DNA of 63,593 nt. It comes from Hyphochytrium catenoides (lineage: Eukaryota; Protista; Hyphochytriomycota). A model generated the notes under the pieces. It saw nothing but the letters and a program-made list of their open reading frames with translations. It did not search any database and had not been told where the DNA came from. Made by a program: the position numbers and the translations under genes. Shown one piece after another: positions 35,142 to 48,488 of this stretch; the first letter of the stretch is position 1, and the number at the start of each line of letters is the position of its first letter. The stretch is taken from positions 1 through 63,593 of the forward strand of contig FLMG01000833.1 of NCBI GenBank assembly GCA_900088475.1. Direction: 5' to 3'.

Positions 35142-38076
35142 ATGAGAAGAGTTCTTCGCCACCTTCATGGGACAAGGCGCCATTCGATAGCGCTGTCCCG
35201 AGGCAGACCTGCAGTCTGTTTCCAGGTCCGCCACTTCCAGACCCAGCAGCCGAATGCTCAGAGTCAAGAACGAGGGGAACAGACAGAGTTTGTGTCAGAC
35301 GCTAGAGATGTTGAAGCGAGACAGAGAGCAACCTTCGACGGCCCAACCATATCCTCAATCGACTACCACAGGACAGACGAGGAGGTTCCTCCTCTGCGCA
35401 TTTGCAAGGAGCTGACGAAGGAAGAGGAGGAAGCAGAGCCAGTGTCTGCTGAGGAGTTTGATGACTTGATGCAGAACCTGACGATAGAGACTAACGGCCC
35501 GCTGCTGGTTGCAGTCTCAGGAGGGAGTGACAGTATGGCTCTATGTCTTCTGCTTCAACGCTGGGCAGAGAGAAAAAGAGAGATGGCGAAAGAGGAAGAA
35601 CAGACGGACAGCCCATTACCTAGCCTCTTCGCGCTTGTGGTGGATCACGCACTAAGGGCAAACAGCGCGGAGGAGGCAGCCCTAGTCCTCAGTTGGTTGA
35701 AACAACGCGGGGTGAACGCTCGCGGTAGGCGCTTGGACTGGAATAACCAGCGTCCAACGCAGGCCAAACTTCAAGGAGCGGCCAGAGATGCACGCTTGGA
35801 GCTTTTCAAGAAGACCTGCCAGGAGGTGGGAGCCAGGTATTGCCGCGGAAGAGTAGAAGGGCTAGATCATCAGAAGAGCCAGGAAATGATGTAGCTATCC
35901 CACCTATGGAAAGACAGACAAACCTCAGATAGCGCGACAGGGAGAAGAGACCCGCAGAAGAGCGGAGGGCCTCGAGTGATCAGTACAGGGCTAAGAGGGT
36001 AGCAGCGAAAAGAATGGAGGAAGGCACGTGCTAATGTTTCTGCTTGCAGGTGCATATTCACGGGCCATCAGCTAGAGGATCAGGTTGAGACAGTCCTATT
36101 TAGGTCAAGTTATTCCCTTTCCCACTTCCCTGTACTTGTGTCTCTCCGTTCTCTTTGTGTACTGCTTGCTTTCATACTTCTTGCGGTCTATGGGTACGTT
36201 GCCCTTCCTGCGAAGACTTGTGATTGTACACTGCCCTTTCTCTCACGTTAGCTTCGCTCATCTATTTTCTGCTCACGCGCCATGGCTCACACTGCTGCAC
36301 CGCACGCTGTCATCTTTCTGGGTTGTTCCTCTCGTAGACTTGCACGAGCCTCTGGCATCTCAGGCTTGGGCGGCATTCAGACGGTGTTCCCGCTTGATGC
36401 TGAGCTCAAGCTTGTTCGACCGCTTCTTTCCATACCCAAGAAGCGCTTGAGAGCAACATTGGTGAAGGAGTTTGACCAGGCCTGGGTGGAAGACCCGTCA
36501 AACTTCAACCTTGCCTTTGACCGCAACAGAGTGCGCAAGGTAGGTCGATTGGAATGCCTACTGGACAAACTCCAGTGATGGTTGGGGACATAGAGACAGC
36601 CCCTGTCTGCAAGAGACTCTCACTCCAAAGAGGCCGGGCGAGCAAAGAGCAGCATTCGGCCACCTATTCTCCTACTCTTAACCGGTTACCATGTAGGGAA
36701 TTGAGATGATGACGAAGCTGCCTGGAGGGGAGAATATGATAGACAGAATATGTAATATGGCTTCTTTCATAAGGAGCATTACAGAGGAAAGAGAGGAAAT
36801 AGGTAAGGTTCAGGTCAGAGTATTAGATAAACCCGCGGGGCGACCCCAAATAGTGTTTGAGGCTAATGCTCTCATCATTTGCAGAGCTCAATTTGATCAA
36901 GCGCTATGCTTCGTACTCCCCAGACTATTTGGATGTGCGGTTGGATCTTAGCCCTCTGCTTAGACGCGAGATAGAGGACGATACCGCCGTGAGGAGTAAG
37001 TGGCAACGTCCTTTGTTCTCCTAGAGATCTTGCCCTTCTCCTTGTGTCTCCCCCAATCCTCCCCTCTAGTGTCCCCTCGTCTCCTCTTGCAGAATGATTG
37101 CTTACGGGGTGGGGTGCCTGTTCTCTTCAACCAGTGCTGAAGCGCATAGTGTCAGACGTGACCAATCTGCATGAAAGCTGTCGAGATAGCCAATACTATA
37201 GTGTCGTTAGAGACCTCAAAGCGCCCAGTCCGGGGAAGGTATGTAGAAAGGAATCTGTTGAGTGTCTATTAGGTTTACTTAGAGTCAGATCAGATCCTTT
37301 TAGCACCCACCATCTTATCTTTGTCTTTCTTAGCCTGGGAAAGACCTCTACAAGGCGTCACTGGGTTCGGCCGTGGTAGGTATTTCTCCTTGAAGGAACT
37401 GTTCCAGTGTTCTGACACGCCAAACAGTGTAAGTATGATTGTGACCTTTTGTTGATCTTAATCGCCCATTTCCTTGCGAACCACAGATTCGTATACCTGC
37501 CTCCTGCGATTGGACACATTGTCAAATATACCGCTCTTTGCCCTCGAAAGTTGCGACACAGAAGGAGCAAAAGCTTCTCCAGGAGCTGGAACCCGACCAG
37601 CCAATTGTCTGGGATCATCGTTTGAAGATTACGATGACGGCCACCAAACGCTATCGACCAAGTGTTAGGATAGGAGTACGACCGATGCAGCCGTCGGACA
37701 TACGAGCAGCCAGAAAGCTTCTCCGCCAGCCGGTACGAGGGCTCTGTCCTTACTGTCTTCACTTTTGTTTTCTTTGCCTCCACGATTCATTTAGGATTTG
37801 GCACTGCTAACTACTCAGTTCCTGCAGAAGAGTCTAAATGGACCTTGGAATTCACGGATGTTGCCACCAGCTTGGAAGGAGTGCTTGGCTGCTCTACCTG
37901 CCCTCTGTCTGGTGAATGACGGAGGGGAGTTCTCTACTGAAGGGCGTGAATTAGTCGGCCTTCCCATGCTGGGCCTCATCAAGCAGAAGTACGGCATTGA
38001 GTGCGAAGTGGAGGATGTGCCACGTACTCTGAGCTTGCTGGCCAATCACTCTATGACTCTAAAGGGGAACAAGTGA
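35142..38076 (+). CDS. tilS: tRNA(Ile)-lysidine synthase (TilS), probably organelle-targeted, multi-exon
   Basis: PP-loop LLVAVSGGSDSMAL; VVDHALR; QGAARDARLELF; FTGHQLEDQVETVLFR; RLARASGISGLGGI; LVRPLLSIPKKRL; WVEDPSN....DRNRVR; Arg-rich presequence. Confidence 0.92.
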
Positions 38077-39719
38077 GATGACCCTTGCCTTAAGGACAGT
38101 AGCGCGTGTGTCCTTGGGACGGCCTTCCTGTCAGTAGAGCCAAACTCATTGACCATGGCACCAGCAAACCGATTGACCATGGCACCAGCCAACGGGCATA
38201 TCTATGCGGTCAGAGAAGCCTCTCTAATACCACATCGAGGCGGTCGTTATGGCCAACAACGTGTGCACCTTTATATTCTACTTGCTTCGCCTCGATGGAA
38301 TATCTAGGCAGCGTCTTTGAGCACACTCGATGGGCCCTTCCGTCTCTACTGCTGTAGAAGGAAGTAGAAAGGATACTACTGTCCTTCTCATAGAACTCAT
38401 AATCAACATACACTCTTTTTGCACTTCTTTTGCCTTTTCATAATGCTTAGGCTTTCCGGACGTGGAGGCTTGTAGGATTTAGTGTTGGTCAGTGGCCCCA
38501 GGGATCATACTCATCCAGTACCCATCATACTCGGGCTGACTTCCGTCCTGCTTATGCTAAAAGGATCGCGTTGGAGTCACATTCCGTGTATTGTGGCCTT
38601 TATGCAGTCAGAAACTCTTCAACTTGACCTACTGCACATGGCAGCATCTTGGCGTCTAATCAATAGAGCTGTGCCTACCATCGGCCGGTAAAGCTTTAAT
38701 GCGGAAACCTCGTGCGACCGCCGACTAAAGAAAACAATAGTAGCCTTCCCCTCGCTCACCTGGGCTGGACAAGTAGGAACTCCTTTCTTCGGCCAGCTGA
38801 GTCTACCATGGCAGATCTTCCTTAGGCCCCGAGGATCGATGAGCCTCTCTGTCTTAGCGATATCGCTCTGGTGATGAAGACATCATCATTATAATATCAA
38901 GAGAGGGTCATCAAATCATCATGATTTCGCATGAAGGACGGTAGGATATCGAGCGGGTAACGGCTTGTAGGAATGGGGAGGAGGATGGATATCCGACCTG
39001 TCGTGGTGTGTCCACAAAGCCTAACATTTAACCTTCCTTCCATCCACATTGTGTGGAGGAAGAGTTTGCTGTATTTGTGCAAGGGCCGCCTTACCGGTAC
39101 TAACAGACTATACTACTACTACAGGCACACTGTCTCGCAAATCCACTGTGTCTATGAACAATATAATTAATGTTATGAACAGACTAGAACAAAGTGCGAG
39201 GCAAACGAAAAAGTGGGCGTGTTTGTTCCTGGACAATGAGGAGAGAAAGAGAGAGAAAGAGTGAAGAGTGAGACAGATAGGGAGACGAGAGAGAGTAAAA
39301 CGAGACAGAGAGGAAGAGAGAGAGAGAGAGAGGTGTACAGACAGTGGGGGAAGAAGAAGTGCGGCCTACGTGTTGCTTCTTTTCTTTTCTCTCCTGTTCT
39401 GCTGTCGAGGTGCCCAAACAGAGAAGAAGCGGCCTTGTCTCTGGGGTGGCTATACTTCCAACCGCAGCAGCGGCAGCATCGCCATCGTTAGCTCCCGCTC
39501 CTGGTCACTGATAAGCTGCAGGTTCTGAGGTGAACCAAGCACAGAGAGGGCCACAAAGCAGAAGCTTCAGTCAGCGAGAGTATTTATGCGGTTGTGCCTT
39601 GCTTGCGCCGCGCTGCGAGAAGGCGGTTATTCGACAACATCTCCATTTTAGCGAAGAGGAAGAGACGAGATCAGTCGACTATTGGGCGGAGGAGAGCTTT
39701 ATAGCGAGGCAAAGGAGGA

Positions 39720-42695
39720 ATGGAGACCGAGATTCAGCCGCGAGAAGGCAGTAGCCAAGTTGGTGAGGATCTCATAGACATCAAGGTGAAGACTATTGGA
39801 GCGGCGACTTACCCCTTGAAGGTCCACCGTGACGTCAACATTTTGGAGTTGAAGGGGCTGCTTAAGGTAAGGGACGGCATACCCGTCATCTTCATTGAGG
39901 AGCCTGGATCCTGACCTCCTGAGGTGCTCCACAGGATACCACTAACGTCGAAGTGGAGCAGCAGCGCTTAATATACAGAGGCAAAATTCTTAAGGACTCT
40001 GATTCTTTAGACTCTTACCATGTCGAGAATGGCCACACGCTCCATATGGTCAGCAGGTAAGATCTGCTAGATATGGGCCTGACCACGACTCAACCTAAAG
40101 TATCTCGTGTTCACTCGCGTCGACAGACCTCCGGACCTTCCACAGGTTACGACACCGCCAGCGCCAGAACCGCAGCCTGCACTTACCTCCACTGGCACGC
40201 AGGGCGGGGCGGTTTTGACGGGCGGAACATCGGCGGCTCTTACAAGCCTCTTGTCAGGCTTCTTTTCTAACCGCGGAGCTGCTGCTACACGCACAAGACC
40301 GACCAACGTCCAGTCGCAACCTGAACAGCAACAGCCACGGGACATGGAGAATGTTCACCAGACGCTGCTGACTCTGGTATGTAGAGTCTCACCCTAAGTC
40401 TCTTTGGCAGCATCCAATTAAGTAGTGCTCTTCTGGCAGGGAACGCTTCTAGCTACGTTTCAGGAGCATGGCGCTGGTCAACGAGATAGGTCCGCTCCTC
40501 GCTTCCGCTTAGGTCAATGGCTAGACGTTAGGGATACGGTCAACCAGTGGCTTGAAGCCACTGTGACGGACATCAATGACAATGAGGTGTTCGTCCATTA
40601 CAACGGTTGGCCCTCACGCTGGGACGAATGGATTCCGTTCAGCTCTGACAGACTGGCGCCTTTCCGCACCAGAACGGTTCATGGTGAGTGAGGGTCTCTG
40701 GCGCAACGTCTTTCGTTTGGCCTCCTGGCCAACTCGGCGTTTCTGACTGTATAAACTGTTCGTAGCGGCTCGAGGTATCGCTCAATGCCCTCAAATCAGT
40801 CAACCGATGCAGGATCCTCCTAGCATTGGGTCCAATAATATTGAGATAGTACTGCCCCAGGTGAGTGACCTTCATCCTAATTATTCGACATCACAGGTGG
40901 TGAACTTACATGCTACACTGCTCGGGTCTTTTAGGTTAGAGATACGATGACCAGGGTATTGCCTTTCTTGGAAGAGGCTTGCAGACATATTGAGAATAGG
41001 CCGCCAAGCAGTCAAGCTCAAAACGTTGGAGAAAGTAGTTCATCTGCCGCTGAGGTTCATCTGCCTGGGGCTCCCGTTGAGGGAGCAACATCGGCCGATA
41101 GCCTGGTGGCGCCTGTTTCTGCGGTCCCCTCTCTGGTATCCTCTTCATCAGGTACACCGACGCCATCCTCTACACAGCACCTCCATTGAGCTCTGAAGCT
41201 CACCTAACTGTGGCGCCTCTTTAGTGTCACACAGCAATGAGCACGTTGCCTCAAACTTGCCTGCTGAGGATGAAGATATGGGGGATATCTCAGATGTTGA
41301 CGGTACCCTTGGGAATCTCGGTTCTCAAGATGGGCACGCTATCGATGACTCGTCCACGCCCAGTCCACCCAGCAATGCTAGTAATGCCGCTCGGGTTATG
41401 GAGCTTGCCGCCCTACTAGAAAGACTGGGTCGGGTACTGACGGATACAGCCCCGCATCTCGTGCAGTATGCCGAAACTCTTGCCAGCGATATCCCCGAGG
41501 AAGTAGGGGTCACGCAAACTAGCTCAGCAAACACCATTGTTACCCCAACATCGTCTCAACATGGCGCCACTAGGCAGCGACTATTTGACCAGAATCCCTA
41601 CGCAAGGCCCTTGCACGTCTCTGCGCCGCAAGATGGTAGATCCCAGGTAGATCCAAGCCACTTTCCCTCTCAGTGAACAGATGTGGGTTGTGAGACTAAG
41701 CTTATGTCATCTCCTGCCCCGTTACGTCTAGAACAATATTGACATCCACATTCATGCAATCCTGACTCCAATGCGAGGTCTCAGTGCGCTCACGTCAAGG
41801 CAAGGGGGCAGTACTGGCTCAGGGTTGCCTGGAAGCAGTGCTAGGACTTTACGGCAAAGACGGCCTAATAGGACAAGCAGTGTAGGAGTATCTTCTCTAG
41901 TTGGCAATAGCGACAGCAATACGACCAACCCAGGGATGCAGTCCCTGATGGAGCGAATTGCAAGTGAGAGCACCAGGAGCTCTACCGCTTTAGACCGGAG
42001 CTCTCTAGACCGAAGTGCCCTGCTCTCAAGAAATGATATGGGTACCTCAGAAGCTCGTAAGTGGCGCCATTCTCATCTGCTGTCAAGTTGTTTCTGATTA
42101 TCTCGTTTTGTATGGTGATGTAGGGTCAGACGAAGGTAACAGTAGGCCAGCACATCCGTCTTCTGGAGAAGCCAGTGGCCGTCCTTCACGGGACTCTGAT
42201 AACGATAGGTCCTCCCTCCTCAGTTTAGTCGTCTCATCTCTGCATTCACGGCTTAACATCTACCTTTGTCTCTCTCTTTCCTTTCTCCCGCCATCTCCTA
42301 CCTTGCACGTCCACAGCTCTTCGCAGGAGCAGAACTTGAGTAGTTCGCTTTTGTCGATCTTCCGTCGCGCTTTCAGTCGGCGTCCGTCATCGAGATCTTC
42401 GGAGAGCCACGATACCGGTGCAGACCGACCTTCTACCACATCCCGGATGGTAGCAGAGCCAAGCGCCAGTTCTGAAGCTGGCAGCTCTACAGCTCCACAA
42501 GAGACAACTAACATGTGGGAGGCCATTAATGCTCTGCCTGCACGGGGCGAAGACTCAGATGATAGAGTTGCATCCAACAGCGCGGACAGTGTGCTGTCCA
42601 GCACTGGATCCAGGCAAGGTGAGCAGGCCGGTGCCGAACGACCCTCAGCGATGCCTCCAACATCTGACAGCGAGTCTGACGGCGAGTATTGGTAA
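39720..42695 (+). CDS. Ubiquitin-like domain plus Tudor/chromo-barrel-like domain protein with a long disordered C-terminus, multi-exon
   Basis: UBL: IDIKVKTIGAATYPLKVHRDVNILELKGLLK|...EQQRLIYRGKILKDSDSLDSYHVENGHTLHMV. Barrel: FRLGQWLDVRDTVNQWLEATVTDINDNEVFVHYNGWPSRWDEWIPFSSDRLAPFRTRT. Confidence 0.85.
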
Positions 42696-43660
42696 CCCAA
42701 GCTAACCAACCGACATCAGACCGAGCGCCACTGGTCTTTAAAGCAATGCCTATTTATCTGTAAATAAAATTGCCCCAGATATTTCTCCTCTCTATCGTCA
42801 AGTGTGCAAGCGATGAGAATGTTGGCTAAGACAGCTGCAGATCGTTCAAGCATACATTTACTCTCTATTATACTACGAAGTATACGTGGGAGGGGGCTCA
42901 TACGGTGGTGCATGTAATGTTTCCTCATCCTGGTCAGAACAGGTCTATGAAATGGTAAAATCATCGCCCTTTCCCTAACTACGATGCTAAGCACGAGGTT
43001 GAGCCTCTAAACATGAAGTCAGAGATCGGATACTTTCCACATCTCAGAGTATGATAGGGAAGGGGAATCCAAAGATCTCATCACTCCTCTGCTCGAAACA
43101 AGCCAATAAAAAACATGAAATGATGGCAAACACAAGTGAGAAGCCTCATATACACAGGTGTCAATTCGTCTTGTCAACACTGCAGGTTCAGCGTGGTGCA
43201 TGAATGTTTCAAATCATCGGCTTCGTAGGTCACATAAGCAGAAAAGCACAATCACATCGAGAACAAGCAACATATGAGGAGGTGAAGGTACCACCTAAAG
43301 GGAATGCTGTGTCTTTGGGGGTCAGGACTTTGTTAGAAATTTCATGGTTCGTCAATAACACGGACCAAAGTATGAAAGTCATCATGCCCCAGGAAGATGC
43401 AAGAATGAGTGCCGCAACGACCTCGGCCGTTGTTCTTGGCTCTCAAGAAAGCGGGAGACTGATTGTCTCCTCCGAGGCGCCTGCTCAACGGTGGTACTCA
43501 TGTTATGGGTGTGTGGTATAAAAGACTGATCTTCATGGCTAGTTGGTCATGCATCAGTTACCTTTTTAATCATTGTACCCATTGAAGACACCACAGGCCG
43601 AAAGCCCAAGACATAGCGCAAGGACACTATGCACCCAAGCGAACAATGGAGAAGACTCAG

Positions 43661-43860
43661 ACAAATAGTGATTCCGGTTAAGAGCGCTTCTTCACAAAGG
43701 ATCGGAAGAGGGAGCTCGTTTTGTCATCCTTGTCTCAATAGAGAGAGGGGCAGATCTCAATGCCTTCTCTTCAACGCCTAGAGCTCTTCAGGATGCAAAG
43801 AACTTTAAGTCATCAAGGCGCGTAGCCAATCTGCTGGGGGTATTATCTCGTTCATCATCA
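43661..43860 (+). pseudogene. Possible degenerate ankyrin-repeat fragment
   Basis: Frame from 43681 reads RALLHKGSEEGARFVILVSIERGADLNA, preceded by an out-of-frame NSDSG; resembles D..G.T.LH.A...G...hh..LLERGADhNA. Confidence 0.35.
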
Positions 43861-46800
43861 GAGCTCATGGACAACGATATAGAACGACGGTGTATTCACC
43901 AGTCAACGATGCACACTGAGGCAAGTTTCGACTCGATGAGTGTCGAGCCTTATCACAGTGGACAATCAACCACAGAACCAACAGCGATCAGCTGTAGTGA
44001 GACTGCTTTCTTATAGAGAATAACTTAGCCAAGATATCAACTTCTGACTGGGAAGGATCTTTGAGTTATGTGAGACTCCACCTTGTCGACGGTCTGCTGC
44101 TGGGTGATTGAGCGATGGGAATAGGTGGCGGGCGGCCGAGCGGCAGGCGGAGGCGGGGCCGCTGGTGGCCACCAATCCTGCAGCCACAGACAGATTCTTA
44201 CAGAGAGTAAAACCCACGCCAACATCATACTCACAATCTCTTGTGACTCCGGACAATACCCTATGAGCAATGTATATAGAACATCAAACGCAATGCAACC
44301 CCAAACCCAAGCTTCCCCTTGCCAAATTCTGGCCTCTACCAGTTAAAATGGCTGGACAGAAAGCTCTCTGTGGGAATCAGTAATCGCGAGCCAGGTCTTC
44401 TTGGGCGTCTTTAGCTCGATGAGTGTGGGAAGAACGTATTCTACAAATCACAAATATAGCCGTTAGCGGCCACTTGAAGCTGGTCTCCTCTCCTCTCCTC
44501 CAGTTCATCCTCCGATCCTTCTGCCCAAGATTGTCCGTTATTATCGATCTCTGTCTCTCTGGGACACAGACAGGCGGCCGGCCATCCAGTGATGGTCAGT
44601 GATGCAAGCAGGCAGACAGGCAGAGTTCTTCAGCTTTAGATAGTTCCAGCATCTTTCGTGCCGTTCTACTTTGTTGCAGTGGTGTTTTTGCTGAAGTTCA
44701 GCACCGCAGCAGCCGCATGGAGGAGAAGAACTTGGACGGACATCTTCTGCTGCCTCGCCCGCGAAGGATGGGTCAGCACTTTTCTTTAGTGCGTCTTGGC
44801 ATTAGCACCATATGCTATATTTGCTGAGAGCCAACAACAGTTCCATCATCGTCATCATTATGCAGCTGCCTGAGATAGGCTAAAGATGAGAGGTGGACGA
44901 CGGGAGTCTTCTAATATGAGGTGCTGGTGTTTTGCTGTCGTTGCGACAGAAGACTGGATGGTTGAGGCGGGGCTTCCTATTTATCGCTATGATTAGTTCT
45001 GAGTAAATTTGTTCTTTCTTCCAGCTGCGACACAAAGATAATAGCCTTGATGGTCCCGTGATGGCCAACAAATGATGCGATGGGAGGAGGGCAAACAATG
45101 GCGGCTCTCTACTCAGGGCACACGGCTAGCTGTCTTGCTTTCATTAGTACTTTCTTCTCACCTAGCTGCTGTCCTCCCCAGTAGTATCCTGAACGTTATT
45201 TCTAACAGTCGTCATCCATCATTGGCAACTGTATTTTAATCCAGATAACAAATTCGAGCACCACCACCCAGTGGCCAAGTCCTACTACCTTACGTATTAC
45301 TGCTACGACAACCGTCACGTCCTCTCTCTTTCTGTGTATTCTTGCTTCGTTGTTATTGTCCCTGCCTCCTCTCTCCTCCTCTTCTTCCTACTACTACTAC
45401 GACTGTTTCGTTTATTTTGTAGGCAAAAGACGAGGCTGAAGGCAGCAGTTGCAACTCAAGATGTCCTCCTCCTATCTTCAATTAATCCTCGTTGTCACCC
45501 TATCGCAGCTGCTAACACTACTACCATAAAAAATTGCAGTATTGATCTTATCTTCTTTGGCGAGTAGGTAATAAATAACCTGATTGAATGATCAGGTCTC
45601 CTTCTTCTTCCACCCATGCACTGCTTTTCTACTACTACCAGTCGTGTTATGGCCCAGAAGGAGCTCCCTCCTCCTGCAGCAGTAGGTCCTCCTCTATCTC
45701 GACTATCCTTCATTGTAATGCTGCCCTTGTGGGATGATTGTCTCTTTTCCTAACCAAAAAGGGCCACATACCGCTCCTCCTTGACGACTACTACCTGGAA
45801 CTATTGGCCCACGGAGGAAAGTTAGTTAAGATGGAGCATTAGCGAGGAAGAAAGGGGCCCTCTTCGTGAACAGCAAGCATTGCGTCCTTCAGCACCCAGT
45901 GACATCCATCATTACTCATCATCAGTGCGGTAGCCCTGCTTCTTCCTCCTCGTAGGGAGGATTCGGAGCAGGAAAAGTTGGTATACCACTGGCCAGGAAG
46001 AACCATGGGATTGTGAACCCTGCAGGGTCGCCTGGCTGGAAGTGAATGTCGCAACAGGCGGCGTTGTTCTAATCTCCGCTAATTTAGAAACCCTCCTCCT
46101 GTAGAGCCTGTCAGATAACCTATTCTATTGTGTCGTTTGACTGGCTGTTGTGCTTGTCAGCTTCCCTTGTATGCTCTTCACGATCACTTCCTCACTGGGC
46201 CTGGCAGATCATCTTGCCTCCACCAGGCTGTGGCTGCTTTAATAAAAAAAAAATTGCAAACTGCAGTGAAACGTAATGGACCTATTACCATCATCATGAT
46301 GGACCTGCTCTACCCCACCCAGCTCCCACCACAAGGCGTGAACAATCCCAGTGGTGGCAATCTGATGACGTTGGGGTCGCACCGTTTTTTTATCCATAAA
46401 TAGATGCAGCAGAGCAGATCGGGCTGCTGTGAAAAGCAGCATGGAGACCCTGGAAGTAGATTTATCCGAATATCGGTTTGATGCGTAAAGAAGATCTGCT
46501 TCAATAACGCTTCATTTTACCCCCCGATCCACTAATATATGGGGCTCCTACTACTACTTACGTCCGTTTCTTAGGTGATTGATAGCTAGAAATAGAACTC
46601 TTGGCAAGTGAATCAGCGCTGCGCTACCGATCATCATAGCCTGCGACATCAAGCGCATGCGCCCATCGATTCAATTGTGTCTCAACTGTTCATATAATGA
46701 TAGAGGCCCTGTATCAGCACAGCACAACAAGAACACAGGTTCAAACATATCCAGGAAATGCAGATCATTTTCTCCGAGAGCCCTGTGGCGACTATTCCTG

Positions 46801-48488
46801 CTACTAGTGGTTCTTGATCATGTAGCTTCTGCCGATGGAGAAATAGAACTTAGCCAGAAGTAATGTAGAAAGCCAGCGAAGAAGTACTCAATTCTATTAA
46901 ATGCAAGGAGGATAGGACGACAGCCATCGATCTGTGTCATCACTCACTAGGGGAAAGGCAGGCAAAGCGCAAAAACCAGCCGCCCGCGGGAGGAGGAGGA
47001 GACGGACATTATTACTATTCCTGTCAGCCCTACCCTCATGTCCTCTCTCTCTCTACCAGCTCCAGTCTAGTGCATGGCTGCTTGTTGTTGCTCAGCTTGG
47101 GTCCTGACATCCTTTCTACTACAGATCTCGGCTCTTTGGCTGATGATGGCCAGCAGACGGAGGAGGAGAGGAGGAAGGACTGCATTCCTTGTCGCTATTT
47201 CAAAAAGTGTAACGACCGCCTAAACCAAAGATCCAACAAAGAAGATTTAGATGACCTGGGGGATGAGTGGGACTGACTATCACAAACGAAAGGTTACAAA
47301 ACCACCAACCCCCCCCCCTGCCCTCCCCCTTTCCCTTTTTCTCTTCAGCAACAATAGCAGGTTTCGGTCAACATCGTTAGACTCGTACTTTGAAGTAGTA
47401 GTGCGAACTAGCCTTCATAAAACTCTCCCCGAACAGTGCTTTATTTTGTGGGTTGTGCTCTTATCTTTGGTTTATTTTGGGTCGCCGGCCATCCGTTTTC
47501 CTGAGTCTTCTTGCCTAACTGGCCAAGACGGCGCTGCCGCTCCTTCCTCATGGGCGTCCGGAGGTGATGGCGATGATGGTGAAGATGATGGGGCCGCCAC
47601 GATGAGGGCTGGATTCTTCCCGTCCGTTTCGCCCCTTGTTGATGGAAAGAAGGAGGCTGGATCAAGGAGACAGACAGGATGGGGATTGTCAGGAGGAGGA
47701 GGAGGAGGAAGATGAAACATGAACTTCTAGTTGATGGCCATCATTTCATTCCAAAGTTCTTATCAAGAGGTCTCTCTCCTCTGCGTACGGCAGTGTGATG
47801 GTGGAGTGACTTGACTAGGAGGAATATTGGGCTGCTCTCCTAACAACACTGGATTGGTGGTCATCACTCCTCCTCGAGGATTCTTAGCATCTTTCCTCAT
47901 CTCACCCGTTCGTAACCTTACTGTCTTGACGCTCTGTCATGGAAAGCTAACAACAACTACTCCACCCACCGAGTCATCTAATAAACGTACTCCCGTCATT
48001 GTACCTATCGCTACCATCGAAGCTCCCTTTCTGGTTCAGACGATGATAGGATCGGGCAGAGCCGGCGTGGACGGCAAGGATAATACTACAAATGAAGGAA
48101 GGCGCTATACGCAGCAGAGAGTCTTATTGATCGGGCTCGTGAGTGCGCTAGGCTAGAGAGGACAGTGATAATGGAATCCTCCGCTAAGCAAAGCCGGGGG
48201 TAGCAACACCTTGATATCTAGCCCATCATCATCACGAAACGACTCTCCACAAAAATCCCTCAGTGGCCTTGCAATCTCTAGAGCTATACTTAGAAAAAAT
48301 ATTCAGGATTAACAGCCGTCACAAGGAATACCTTCTTGTTGTCGGTAAGGGGTGAGAAGGCCCAGAGAAGTAAAGCCAGCACTCATGCTCATACTCCATG
48401 GCACGATAGCATCATTCTTAAACTTCCAGTCGATAGAAGCTGTCGATCAAGCCGGTAAGACGCCAGTCTTTTTGCCAAGGTTATATAA

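Noticed and set aside
38145-38195. Short local duplications (also about 5163-5199, 20440-20500 and 58965-59150)
   Set aside because: Two or three copies in non-coding or intronic DNA; ordinary slippage with no sign of function.
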